A DNA stretch of 48,792 nt, the filler included, from Dimargaris cristalligena (lineage: Eukaryota): the NCBI GenBank assembly GCA_003614675.1. It is 2 parts of 2 records of this genome, joined end to end, with 100 filler letters (N's around TTAATTAATTAA, not from the genome) between each part and the next. Parts side by side here need not be neighbours in the genome. Positions count along the whole stretch, not along the records: positions 24,459 to 48,792 come from ML002591.1; 1 more part is not named here. One strand, 5' to 3'. The notes below the pieces were generated by a model that was not told the origin of the DNA, did not search any database, and saw nothing but the letters and a program-made list of their open reading frames with translations. Below are positions 37,248 through 48,792 of the stretch, one piece after another. Within the stretch, counting starts at the first letter, position 1, and the number at the start of each line of letters is the position of its first letter. A program made the position numbers and the translations under genes.

Positions 37248-40013
37248 CTAAGCTGTCGAATTCCACATTTTCCGCCAAACTAACCGAGCGCCCAGAACGC
37301 GTACGGTCCCCATCAATACAATCACAAACCAGACTCCGATCATAACGAGTAAGAGAGGAATTTCACCCTGAAGCATACGAATGTACTTATCGATTAGCTT
37401 CCCGATTAGTCCCCCCGTGTAGCCGCCACTAACGTCGGCCCGGCGGAGATCCGCATCCGTATAGGGACGGTAGTGCTGAAGGGTATTGCCCAAGATGGCC
37501 ATCAATTGCCCTGCCTGAGTATTCCTAGGGGGTTCCGACGGTGTTGTGGTAGTGGTGGTGGCTTTGGCTGTGGCTGCGGTGGTTGGGCGGGCAAACCAGG
37601 CCTCGATTCCCGTGGGTGATGTCGGCCGGTGAGTTATACGGTAGAGCAGGCCCTTCACCTCAGTCGTGGAAGTTGCGGCCTCCATAATGCCCTCCATGAC
37701 CTGCGAAATCGCATCAATTTGGGTGATGGTGGTGGTGGTATCATCGTCGCGGCGTGAGAGGCTGACTGGGGTTGGTGTATTCGGGAACTCGTGGAGCGTT
37801 GTTGAAGAAGGTACCCGCTGAGCCGAATTAGTCGGAGTGGGCATGGACAGGGAATTGTCTGGCCCAGTGGGTTGGACTGCCTCCTCCCCTAAATTAATGG
37901 AGATAGCATTGTGGAAGTATTGGTCATCCGGCAGGGCCCCGTCCCGCCGGTAGAGCCCCTCGGGAACGTACACTGTGGCTGGCTGACGGGCCTCCCAGAC
38001 CGAAGCCACGGCGCTGGCGGGGGTTTTGTTCAGGTAGGCCTCAACGGCCAGTGCCCCCAGTCGGTTGGTGTCCTTCTCCGACAGGTAGGTCGAGTTCGCC
38101 AGGAGGCCGTGCACGTCTTGCATGGTCCCGACGTACTGGCCCACCAAAGCATCCACAAAGTCCTCCATGGTACGGTTCAACGGCTCCACACCGACTACCA
38201 ATGCATTAGGGTCCACCCGCGGTAGGGTAACGTTGGCGGCATCGTTGATATACGTAAAGAGTTTCCCGATGGCCTGAATTTTCTTGATGAAAGCGCAATT
38301 GACAAAGTCCATAGCGGCCGACTCAAAGGGCGTGTTGTTGAAAATATCACCCACCACGGTGCGCGTATCGTTGATGATAATATCGAGTGAGCTATTGAGG
38401 GCCCCGGTGCCTTTCTTAATGGGCCCAAAAATATCCTCATTGACGGTGAATTCCATGGCTGCCAGTTGTCGGTTAATTCCACCGGCAAAGTCGTTAGACA
38501 CCCGAGTCAAATCCTGGGTCATATTGCCCACGACATGGGACCTGAACGTGTTGAGCGAGTGGGCGGCCTCGGGGGTATACTTTTCACGAAGTTGGTTGAT
38601 ACTTCTAATTTGGTTGGCGATAACCAGTAAACCCAGGATGCCGGAGGCTAGGCAGGCCAAACTGGGAATGTGGTATACGTACTGCATCCACCAACGGACT
38701 AAATGGGCCTTTTCAACGTTACTATACCGCTTATGAACGCGTTCATTTAAACTGTAGAGCCAGGGTTGAGCGATACCCGTATGGATATCCTGCATTTGGA
38801 TTTCGTGAACGCTCTGCCCTGGTCCACCAGGCGGCGGTGGGTGAAGCGGGTGGCGACTGCGAATGAAGGTCATGAGTTGCTGGTGTTCCCGACGAATCCG
38901 GGCCATGTTAAGTAAGATGAGGGCGACGGCAATACCCACCAGTACGCCCACCCCAATCAGGAAGATCATTCGGGTCGCTTGGGCCAGGCCATCCACTAGC
39001 GCCGCACCGGTTTGGGGATCGCAGAAGTTGGCCTGGGCGGCCTCCGGTACCCCAACTAGACTGGCGTTCACCTTGATACGACTGAAGCCGCTCCGTATAG
39101 TGGATTTGAGATTTTCGAATGGTTTGCGAAGCAGGTCGATCAGCTGGGCTTCAACATCCGCCAGTTTGGGGACTTTCTTCGTGGCCTCGTCCAGGTCCGT
39201 ATTCATTTGGTCGGGAATCTGGACCGTCCAACTGGAAGTATCGGGGTAGCTGATACTCGGGATGGTACGGGAATTACCGGAAACGAGGTCAAATAACGAA
39301 TTGCTGCCATCGACAATTTTATTGGCCCAGCCGACGACGTCGGTCACCTGGGACTGGATACCCTTAATAGTAGAATTCATGGCGGTATTGAAGGAAGATT
39401 GGAGATCGGCCATCCCCGCCTTGAACAAACTCAGCCCCCCCTGGATCACCAGATCCGCAACGCACAACTGGAAGGCCCGAAAAGCGGAAATAAGAAAAAC
39501 GATAATCTCCTCCAGGAGAGTGACGGCCAGCACGAGGCCATCGGCGGTTCGGTTGACGACCGCCAGGGCCGCCTTATTGACAATTTCATTCGTTTCCTCG
39601 GCGGCCTTTTGCGGGAGACTGAGCAGCGTGTTGCCTACCCGTTCCACCGATTGGCAACTGCGGAGGAAGTCGTCTTTAGTGTCCTGGCCGAACCGGTCGA
39701 CCTCCACGCTGTGGAGGTACAGGCGGACCGCGTAAAAGAGAATTATAATGATAAGGTAGGTGGCCCAGGCCCGGCTAAGTTTGGCATTCAGGCCCAAATA
39801 GGGCGAGAAAATGGTGCCGGTCGGCCCCGCTTGGCTTTTCTCGGGCGGGTGGTCTAGGTACATGAAATTGGGGGAGCCGTTGCCCAGGTTGATACTCATC
39901 ACCCTGTTGGGGTCGCTTAAATCGATGAAGTTGGATTCTCGAGAGGATAAGGACACGGGCTGAAACTGACGGCCTATCCGACGTTGGTAGGGAGGGGTAG
40001 ATTCGGTGGCCAT
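37248..40013 (-). CDS. PRM1: Plasma-membrane fusion protein Prm1 (921 aa, intronless)
   Basis: SPYLGLNAKLSRAWATYLIIIIL matches the Prm1 PYLGLxARLSxxW motif; conserved Cys (SCQSVE, LCVADL, NFCD, VNCAFIKKI); multiple TM segments; HIPSLACLASGILG. Confidence 0.9.
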   Translation of the reverse strand: MATESTPPYQRRIGRQFQPVSLSSRESNFIDLSDPNRVMSINLGNGSPNFMYLDHPPEKSQAGPTGTIFSPYLGLNAKLSRAWATYLIIIILFYAVRLYLHSVEVDRFGQDTKDDFLRSCQSVERVGNTLLSLPQKAAEETNEIVNKAALAVVNRTADGLVLAVTLLEEIIVFLISAFRAFQLCVADLVIQGGLSLFKAGMADLQSSFNTAMNSTIKGIQSQVTDVVGWANKIVDGSNSLFDLVSGNSRTIPSISYPDTSSWTVQIPDQMNTDLDEATKKVPKLADVEAQLIDLLRKPFENLKSTIRSGFSRIKVNASLVGVPEAAQANFCDPQTGAALVDGLAQATRMIFLIGVGVLVGIAVALILLNMARIRREHQQLMTFIRSRHPLHPPPPGGPGQSVHEIQMQDIHTGIAQPWLYSLNERVHKRYSNVEKAHLVRWWMQYVYHIPSLACLASGILGLLVIANQIRSINQLREKYTPEAAHSLNTFRSHVVGNMTQDLTRVSNDFAGGINRQLAAMEFTVNEDIFGPIKKGTGALNSSLDIIINDTRTVVGDIFNNTPFESAAMDFVNCAFIKKIQAIGKLFTYINDAANVTLPRVDPNALVVGVEPLNRTMEDFVDALVGQYVGTMQDVHGLLANSTYLSEKDTNRLGALAVEAYLNKTPASAVASVWEARQPATVYVPEGLYRRDGALPDDQYFHNAISINLGEEAVQPTGPDNSLSMPTPTNSAQRVPSSTTLHEFPNTPTPVSLSRRDDDTTTTITQIDAISQVMEGIMEAATSTTEVKGLLYRITHRPTSPTGIEAWFARPTTAATAKATTTTTTPSEPPRNTQAGQLMAILGNTLQHYRPYTDADLRRADVSGGYTGGLIGKLIDKYIRMLQGEIPLLLVMIGVWFVIVLMGTVRVLGARLVWRKMWNSTA

Positions 40014-42096
40014 TTCGTAAAAGGTATATACAGGTTGGTACTGCCTTACAGATAGTATTGTGGATTGGAAAAAAATTACTGGATATTTTTAAGTGCGTTT
40101 AGAAGGGAAGAGTAGTACGTTCAACGTCAGAGCTTCAATAATTTTACTAAAAGAATGATCAGGTTCAATAGCATACAGACTATGAAACAAGTATGGCTAC
40201 AAAATAGATTGAATATATACAACGATGGCAAAACAAACTTAGGTATGGTAATTTTAAACCTAATTGACGCTATTCCAGGTTAGGGGAGAATATAACATAT
40301 AAATGGCAAATAAAAGGAGGAGCAGCTAATTTGACTATGAGAGGAGGGGAGTGGAGGGCGTACTTGAAGAAAAGGGGCCCACTCATCACTATATATATAT
40401 ATAAATATATCGACTAGTAATGAAGGTGGTGTAAAGGGACTACCGGAAACGAGAATGGCTCTGTGTGATGGACAACCCATCCTTCAGTGACGGCTGCTCC
40501 ATGGCAGTAGCTAAAGTAAGGCAATAGGGGAAGCGCCTCCAGCTCATTTACAAAGACCATTACATCTCGTCTGATTATAGGTCCAGTGTGAAACGAACCA
40601 GCAGGCAAGCCCACATAAACAGACAAAGCACTAGTCCCGAACTGCTTATATATAATACCTATTTTATTTCGGTTTTTATATATATATATTTTACTTATTA
40701 GCCCAAGAAGAGATCTATTCTTTGGCAATTTTTATAAAGGGGACAATCATGATGACTGTAGCAGCTGCCCAAATAGAGCGAGTATCTCAATCGAATGTGG
40801 CATTGAATATTAGGCCACTGTCGGACAATATAAAGAGACGGATGGTCAGTTGGGTAAAGATAATCACTCTGTACAATGAAGGGAGGGGGTTGGGTATGCA
40901 AGCCTTGCCGGAGATGTGGCGGACGAGGTGGTTTCCAAGTCCATCGAATATCGCCATCGACCGTAGAGCCGCTTTACTATTTTTAGACACTGCGGGAAGA
41001 GGCAATTTGAACTAAATAGCACAAGACATTGTACATGGGTTAGCGACCAGTATCCGTTTTTCAGTTAATTCAAAGCGGACTTTCAAGTAGGAAGGCCGTC
41101 CTCCATCAACCGGATTAGGGATTTACCCGACCTTCTCAATTTAATAGCAGTCGAACTACTGGCTCTTGCAGCTATATTCACATGGTACCCTATTATTCAA
41201 GTTCAATAGCTGATGTCTGGTGACCTCAGTTGTTCAGAGCGGGCGCTGGCTTATACATGTAAAGTTGCTAGATTCGCATACTCTCTATTATAAAATGGGG
41301 GTACAGTGCAAATACACATGCCGAGTTAGTGGACGTATCCGTTTGAAGATTTCGGGATCCAGGTTGGATTGGCCTTAGGCAACCGCGGCCAGAACAAGGC
41401 GAAATCGATCGTCTTAGCGTTGACGTCGCCCTAAAGGTGCATTGGTGATTCTTTACTTCCCGTAGATCATAATTCGATGGTGATACTCGCAAGTTAGCCA
41501 TTGGTATATGCAAGCTTCCTTGAAAAAATAGACTTTGGTGCACAAGAAAAAACATTTTTCGAGAATTTACCCATCGGCCTCTTATCTATTACGCATACCT
41601 TTTACTGCGCTGTTTACCCACATCCTAGAGCTATTTTAGTGGATATCTGAAAGCAAACACATATAACTGCCTACGACTGAGAGGAAGATAATAGGCATTT
41701 ACTTCTTAGAGGGCGGGTATCGGTGGAAAACACGAGAGCTTAGAGCTGGGCTCCGCTCGTCAGCCTTTTAAAACCAGCCTGATGTGACTAATCTTAGGGA
41801 GGGAAGGCTTTCGTATTGACTTGATGCAAAATAGATTAGTTGGGGATACCTATTCCCAATAATCCGTACTAGTTTAATGATTGACTTCGTTCTCTTTAAT
41901 CATCCTCGACCCTGCTGAAACTGCTTCGCCTCTGCATTGCTATAGCGGAGTTTGGCAGTGATGCCATCAGGCTTGTGTAGCCGGGAGGGTTGGTATAAAG
42001 AGCACTCGCGCGAAGTAGCCGTGGAAAGTGACCGACTCCCTTCTCACCCGATACCCATTATATTCACCCTGAACACCCTCAGTCATTTTGTTCGCC

Positions 42097-44049
42097 ATGT
42101 ATCTCACAATGACCTTTCACTTTGTGCTATTTGCCCTATTCTATGCGATTGTCAGTCACCTGGCCTTCTGTAGCAGTTTTGAACCCATTACGCCATTTAG
42201 TCCGATTTTACCTTCGACATTTTCCCTGGTTCCTGCCGAAGTTGGTCATTTAACCCCCGTAGCTGCCACCAGCAGAGACGACCCTCAATTGGCCACGGCC
42301 CTCTCCTATTTTGCCCAGTTTTTAAATATCACTGCCGAACAGGTGCAGCTTCAGGACCGCCAGGTAACGGCGGACACGGGAGTCCACCACCTACACTTCC
42401 AGCGAGTCCAAAGTGGGGTGTTATTGGCCAATGCTTTTATCAACGTAAACATTGGGCCCGGCCCCACGGTTCTTTCAGTGGGTCAAACTACGCTAGCCGA
42501 GCAAACGACCACTCTTAACCCCCCCGCCAGGTTCCAAGCGGACCCCCACTCCGCCCTCGACTACCTTGCCCCCTATTTGCCGCAGCACTGGGCCAATCTC
42601 TCCGCCATACCGCTCACGGTGCAGCCGAAAGGCGACAAAGTGAGTGGAAACGATGGCGGCCCAACATATATTTATGAATTACCCAATGGACCAATTGTGC
42701 GAGTAGGGGAGCGGTATCTGGCTCTGACGGTTAATCAACTGGTCAAAGTCTGGTGGGTCAATGTCCGTTTAGAGCCCCAGTGGCTAACCTTTTACTTCGC
42801 CCAGAGTTCGGGTGAGTTAGTAGCCGTGGCGGACTGGACCCGGGCCGCCTGCTACGACATTTTCCCCTGGCCTCTCGATAACCCCAACGAAGGGAACCGT
42901 CAGCTGGTGTGTGACCCTTGGCTACCTGCCACCTCCCCCAAGGGCTGGCAGCATCACTATAAATTCGCGGACTACCACACCACCGAAGGTAACAACGTGC
43001 ATGTTCAAATCCACGACACCAGCGTCAATTGGACCGTTTCCCGGCGCCCTGTTGCAAGCGTCAATGCGAATCAGGTCCAGTTCGCCTTCCCCTTAGATCT
43101 GTCCCAGCCACCGGTCCAGTACACCGACGCCGCCTTAACCAACCTGTTCTACCACTGCAACATGATGCACGACCTGCTCTACGTGTACGGTTTTACAGAA
43201 GTCGCAGGCAATTTCCAGGACGATAATTTCGGCCGCGGCGGCCGCGAAGAGGATTCCTTGGTGGCCTATGGGCAGGGCACCAGCTCAATTAACAACGCTT
43301 ACTTTAGCACGCCTCCCGACGGCTCTCACCCGTACATGTACATGTTCCTCTGGAATATGACCGGGCCCAATCGGGATGGGTGCCTGGACCGGTCAGTTGT
43401 TGCGCACGAATATACCCACGGTCTAACCGCTCGACTGACGGGTGGGCCCATCAATGTCTACTGTTTATTATTTGGAGAGGCGGCGGGATTAAGCGAAGGC
43501 TGGAGTGACTGGGTGGCTACGGTATTGCAGGTTCGGCCTTACCCATCCTCCTCCACCGCTGTGTTCATCCCTACCCATCTGGACCAAGTGGTCGTTGTTG
43601 GCGCATATGTAACTGGCAAGCCCACCAAAGGTATCCGAACCCACCCCTACACTACCAACATGGCCACCAATCCAACCACCTATGCATGGCTCAACCGAGC
43701 CAATTACAAGGAAATCCATAGTATGGGCGAGGTTTGGACCCAGATGCTGTACGAGGTGTTCTGGAATTTCGTGGGTCAGCACGGGTTCAATACGAACTGG
43801 TTTAGCGGGGATCCATCGGCCGGCAACACCCTGGCCCTGCAATTGGTCATTGACGCCCTGAAATTACAGCCCTGCTTCCCGGAATTCATCTCGGCCCGTG
43901 ATGCCATACTGCAGGCTGAGAAGCAACGGACCATGGGCACCAATCGCTGTCTGATTTGGAAAGGGTTTGCTAAACGTGGGCTTGGCGAAGGGGCTAAACG
44001 GGAGAATGATACCTACATTGAGAGCTTCCACTTACCCCAGGACTGTTGA
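42097..44049 (+). CDS. Secreted M36 fungalysin metalloprotease
   Basis: Signal peptide; FTP-type propeptide (DTGVHHLHFQRVQSGVLLANAFINVNI); TTEGNNV; YGFTEVAGNFQDDNFGRGG; zinc motif HEYTH; EGWSD; HSMGEVW; LKLQPCFPEFISARDAI. Start is ATG 42097 or 42109. Confidence 0.95.
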   Translation: MYLTMTFHFVLFALFYAIVSHLAFCSSFEPITPFSPILPSTFSLVPAEVGHLTPVAATSRDDPQLATALSYFAQFLNITAEQVQLQDRQVTADTGVHHLHFQRVQSGVLLANAFINVNIGPGPTVLSVGQTTLAEQTTTLNPPARFQADPHSALDYLAPYLPQHWANLSAIPLTVQPKGDKVSGNDGGPTYIYELPNGPIVRVGERYLALTVNQLVKVWWVNVRLEPQWLTFYFAQSSGELVAVADWTRAACYDIFPWPLDNPNEGNRQLVCDPWLPATSPKGWQHHYKFADYHTTEGNNVHVQIHDTSVNWTVSRRPVASVNANQVQFAFPLDLSQPPVQYTDAALTNLFYHCNMMHDLLYVYGFTEVAGNFQDDNFGRGGREEDSLVAYGQGTSSINNAYFSTPPDGSHPYMYMFLWNMTGPNRDGCLDRSVVAHEYTHGLTARLTGGPINVYCLLFGEAAGLSEGWSDWVATVLQVRPYPSSSTAVFIPTHLDQVVVVGAYVTGKPTKGIRTHPYTTNMATNPTTYAWLNRANYKEIHSMGEVWTQMLYEVFWNFVGQHGFNTNWFSGDPSAGNTLALQLVIDALKLQPCFPEFISARDAILQAEKQRTMGTNRCLIWKGFAKRGLGEGAKRENDTYIESFHLPQDC

Positions 44050-44459
44050 AAGAAAAAGTGGAGAGAATTTGTTTGTTTCGATTAGTTACGGCCTAAGTAT
44101 AATTGACAATATGCGTGAAATACTCGGCCCAGGTGTTCATCTGACTGCACATTTACTATACAAGGCATTGCTCATTATAGAAACTATTCACCCAATTGTC
44201 GCCTTTATAATTCATTCGAAACCATATATTGTTTTGTTTAGCCTCTCATGAATACGTATATATATTATACGGGCAACAGATCCGGGGAGTACACTCCCCT
44301 CTGATCCCTTATTTTAACTGACGGTACAGATGTGCTCTCTCTGTAGGGAGTACTGTGATTTATTAAGTATCTTCCACATAGTAATAAAATAAGGGTCAAT
44401 TTTAAACAGAAAAATTGATTGTTTTCACTTTATTACCACACCCCACACTCTACATCACC

Positions 44460-46960
44460 TCACTGTAGTGCCTCACCATACACCGTATTTCTGGTAGTCC
44501 TGTGTCTATTTGGAATTGCCACATAGAGGTTGGTGGGGTTGGCCACTCTGGAAAGGGCCACATATAATTGGCCATGGGAAAAAACGTTCTGATTAAGGAA
44601 TACTGCCACCTTAGAGAGTGTCTAGCCCTGTAACTTATTAATTGTCATAACAAAGGTAGCTTGAACAGGAAATTGCCAGTGGGAAATTTGATCAGTACCT
44701 CTACACCCAAGTAGGAGACATTGATCTGGGGAATAATGTGAACCTTTCCTGAATTAGTGTCATCAGCCCAGGATATACCCAAAGTAAACTAAGATATGCT
44801 CCTTACAACAACACAGGTACTATTACAGAGACCTTGGTTTAGACTTAGATTCTGCATAAGTAGGAGTGGCATCCTAAGCTTAATATGGGAGAGGCTCAAC
44901 TGAGCTGTATAATGAAAAATCCATTGGATGAAGCAAATATTACTGGTTGAAAATAAATCTCCCATACATTATCCCATACACTTATCATTTAAAACCTTAT
45001 ACAGCTGGGCCGAATTTCACCCATATGCAAGGAATGTGCAGGTATTCTAGAGATCTTGATAGTGTTAAGAAACTTAACAGCATATCTAGCTACAGTACTG
45101 TTGAAATCCTTATCTTTGGTAGTCTATAGAAAGGTATACAGAACTTACCCCAGGCATCATGGAGATGGCCAAGTTGTTGATGGCCCTGCTATTGTCAATT
45201 TAAAGGGTAAGAATGGAGTTAGAGCTGATTTCATTGGGACAGAGGTACTTTTGTGTCAGGGACAGGTATACCTAGATTAGGAGGGCTGAGGGATAGGAAT
45301 GTTAATATCTATATTACCCATATCTATGTTAACTATTTTGGAATGGGCTATGGGGTTATCCCCTTACTCAAAAGGATCCACAGATCCCTCTCCCAGCCAT
45401 AGAAGTTGATTGGTAAAGACCCCAAGGGTAGCTACTTCTTTTAAAGTATAAAGTATGTGTGTAGGTGTGGGTGTAGATATAGCTCCTGTTAATGGGTGAT
45501 TGAGCAAGTGGATAGCTAAATATGATAGTAGTTTATTGAAATATGAATAATAATAATAGATTGTATAATAATAGTGATTGGGTAATAGGTTGTAAGAAAA
45601 TATGGGGATAATCATCTAAGGTTTACCTAAATACCAATTGGCCCTTCCTTTATATTGGAGGATCAAATGCCCAAGCAGAGAAGAAAATAAATGGCCACAC
45701 CTGTTATCTATGCAGAGGGTCTCAATCCTGGTCTGGTCTAGGGTTGGGATGTAGTATAATATTGCTGGTGGCCTGGAAGTATGCATATAACAACAGGCTA
45801 TGTGTAAATGATACTGAGTTAGTTCTAGCTGCATAGCTAGGTTCTTATCCTCCAGGGTGGTTCTACCCTGGATATATGGGTGCTGGTCTATCTATTTGGT
45901 TGGTGCTGGGTACTGCAGTTGGTCCAGCATTAACCCTCCTTTAGTATAGTATATAAATAGATGGTAATAATAGTAATAGTAATAGTAATAGTGTCAGCCC
46001 ATCTAATCCTCCCTAAATATGGGAATACTGATCATCCTGTCTAATCTTACCTTATTGCACCATATTTCTCTTCCCTTGCTATATAACCCACTATGACCAG
46101 GCCCCAACACTTCTCATGCAATACTCCACCGGCTGATCCAACATTCCCCCTTTCTTAGTGGAGTCTTCTGGACATAAGCCCCCTGGTCAAGGTCCTGAAC
46201 CTTGCCTCTTCTTTAGTCATCACATTGCTCTTAAGGACTCCTTATTATAAGCAGTCCCCGCGTATAAATAACCAGGCCCCTCTGGGACCAGCTCAGTTCC
46301 TTAGCTTATTTTATAACCCCATAGTTTACCCTAATAAACTCATTATATGCTCACCCATTGTATTAGCCAGTAAGTGTGCCCACTACACATCCCTTGCATT
46401 AGCTGACACTCCTCCTTTATTGGTTAGTACCAATCCCTTCCTAATACTAGTAGCCTACTTAGCCGAGCCTAAGCCCCACCTACCATTAGAAGCCTATCCC
46501 CAGGACTCTTGATGGACTAAGAGTGGTAAACCTGGGTGACAAATAGTAATAGTAATAGTAATTGGGCAGCAGTTCCAATTAATTGAGCATCAAGGAGAGC
46601 TTAGGATCAGGTGACTGGAAATACTAAGGGTTATATATATAAAGTTAGCCCCATACATTTTTACGAAAAATAGTGGCTTTATAATATAGATATCAATAGG
46701 TTTAAGCAGGGTGACCGATAAGGGTAAGCCAATGGTTCATATAGAATGTGCAGGTTTAAGGCATTAAATGCCACAGGTCTCTAACAATACCTGAGAGCTG
46801 GTGTAGATACCATCAGTGGAGAGTCAGGGTGGTATAGCAGATACTGCAGACAGGAATACAAATAAATGGACATATAAAAAAATGAGTCTCAAGACTTACC
46901 AATGCATAGGAGGGTAGAGTAGATAGAGCTGGCTGCTTTCTTAGCAATTGGGAAAGATAA
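44460..46960. other. CpG-depleted degenerate sequence block (decayed repeat or gene duplicates)
   Basis: About 10 CpG in ~2.5 kb by manual count, none seen in ~45015-46125; only short broken ORFs; (TAATAG)n tracts at ~45964-45990 and ~46543-46562. Confidence 0.6.
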
Positions 46961-48634
46961 GTGGCGAATATGTGGGTGTACAGTTTTTGGCCTTGAGGAT
47001 GCAAGTAGTGAAGATTACCTCTCTTCCAATGCGACTAAAAGCCGAATATACCGGTCTCTTATTTGTAGACGATGCGATTTTTTTCCGGGTTGGAAGAGAC
47101 AGTTCTAGGGACGAACATGTCCATTATTTCGGACCGGCAGGAACTAGTAAACAGATATACGGCAGATGGTACAACTAAAAGCAAATTCATTATATTGCAA
47201 TTAACAGTAATTGGTGGTGACTGCCAAATAGTACCAGACGGAAAGAGGATGAACAGCCGGAGAATAATTGGAAGAATAACGCGATGCCATCTAATTTGAA
47301 GCCCCCACTTAAGTATCGCGCATCACGATTTACAGGGCGATTTTATTTCGGTGGGGGGGGGGGTGCTATTGGGATAATCGTCTTTCCCATTCGTTATTGG
47401 GCACAGTAGTTATCCACAGTTAGAATGCCATTCTGCATTTCTGGATGGCAAAGCAAATTGATGAAATAAACGTACCTAAAGAAAATACATGAAAATAAAC
47501 TTGGTTAAAGCGGGTTCAATTAAGAACTATTGACTATGCTCAGATTTTTTTAGTATATACCTCTAATCGATACTGCCTACGGTCCATCAGACACGTTACA
47601 AGAATTTTGGTTACGTAGTAACGGGGGACAGGTCATACCCCAATATGAATATTTGTTAGGGTTGCATCGAATGTGGGTGTGGTTGAAGTAGACGGGAAGG
47701 GTGGATATAGTAGAAGATATGAGAGAGGGCGAGGTGGGTGAATCTATATATAATCTCCATGGTTTGACGGGCATAGTAATGGTTGGTCGATCAAAGTGTG
47801 TGTAAATCGATGGAGTGATCCCTGCGGCTCACTTCTTGAACAAAGGGAGTGTGGCTTTGAACGATACCCAGGGTTTGGCGAGGATATTCGACAGGGAAAC
47901 TATGAAGAGGGGAGATGTGAAAATAGAGGGAGTAGTTAATCCATGCGACAGTGCCAAGCAAATGATGTGAATGCAAAAAATTGGCCTACAGTCCATTGGC
48001 TTCTTTGAAAGACGGCGATTCAACCAGTTTACAATGATTTGGGCCCGATCCCGAATCGTAGGCCCCGTTACACTGTGGTGATCGAGGTATAGCCGGCGAT
48101 TAATCTTCTAGGGGACTTGCTTCGATGCCATGTGGACGCAGAACTATGCTCACCGCCCACGCGGCAGGATGGCTAGAAACAAGACGCCGGAGGGTAATGT
48201 TGAATTAATAACCCTTCCGGCTCTCGAAAACAGGGGGCTAGCCGTAGATCGCCAATGTTCCAATACCTTTGTTTAATCCCGAGGGCTGAAGAAATCGTGA
48301 GGCAGAGAAGTGCCGGCCAATTTTGGGTGGTGATCCATTCACAATAGTTTGGAAATAGTTCCCTGGCATCGCAAATGGGATACCCAGTGGTAGGATGAGC
48401 TGGGCGAGGCGAGAGAACAGTAGAATATCTACTTAGTTCGGTTTGGTGAACTGTTGCTAGACAATTATATAAATACCCCAGGTTGCACCTCACATATTAT
48501 TCACAGCAATATTACATCCATAGTACTTCATCTGCACTATCACTACTATAGCTTCACAATACCATTGCTCTTCTACTCTATAGCTTGATTTTATTCTGAC
48601 TATTTTATCCACTCACCCTCCAACTACTTTCACC

Positions 48635-48792
48635 ATGATTAAGATCCCCTAACTGCTCATCTCAGTCACTTTGATTGGTGCCCTCCTAGTTGTAGCCTTG
48701 CCCCAGCCACAGCCCAATCTGGCCATCAGGGTAAACCTCAGATGAAGTAGAGTTTTATTTAAAGTGAATCTAAGGCAGGTGACCTTTTGGTC
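48635..48792 (+). pseudogene. Disrupted secreted-protein gene (runs off the window end)
   Basis: CACC-ATG start; MIKIP*LLISVTLIGALLVVALPQPQPNLAIRVNLR*SRVLFKVNLRQVTFW; in-frame TAA at 48650 and TGA at 48743; lies in CpG-free sequence. Confidence 0.55.

Noticed and set aside
40280-41015. Short ORFs upstream of PRM1 as a spliced gene
   Set aside because: No consistent exon chain without in-frame stops and no recognisable family.
45100-45900. TPR/TRAPPC12-like reading of remnants (RAINNLAI, SSLLGHLILQ)
   Set aside because: Similarity limited to a few residues across stop-broken frames.
1-48792. CRISPR arrays, intact transposons or prokaryotic operons
   Set aside because: No repeat-spacer arrays and no RT, integrase or transposase motifs seen; gene structure is spliceosomal-eukaryotic throughout.

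Overview
Intron-rich genomic DNA from a fungus, most likely early-diverging (Zoopagomycota/Dimargaris-like; inferred from gene content and style, not verified). Hand-spliced genes: a small secreted protein, a 14-exon CIP2A-like ARM/coiled-coil gene head-to-head with a TACC-domain gene, an orphan ORF, two small divergently oriented paralogs with a shared motif and intron position, a peroxisomal acyl-CoA oxidase, an Rsc58/BRD7-C-terminal-like gene, BiP/KAR2, PRM1 and an M36 fungalysin. There is also a solitary 5S rRNA gene and a tRNA-Pro(TGG). The acyl-CoA oxidase is split across both strands at an exact 55-bp inverted duplication next to an artificial N-linker, which is probably an assembly or MDA-chimera artefact. 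The most notable observations are two ERSE-like CCAAT-N9-CCAC motifs upstream of BiP, the fungal CIP2A homolog paired with TACC, the unassigned WWxNxxNVDxGD paralog pair, and sharply CpG-depleted blocks, one containing a secreted-protein pseudogene with stops explicable by C-to-T changes. All homology calls come from recalled motifs; no database searches were run.
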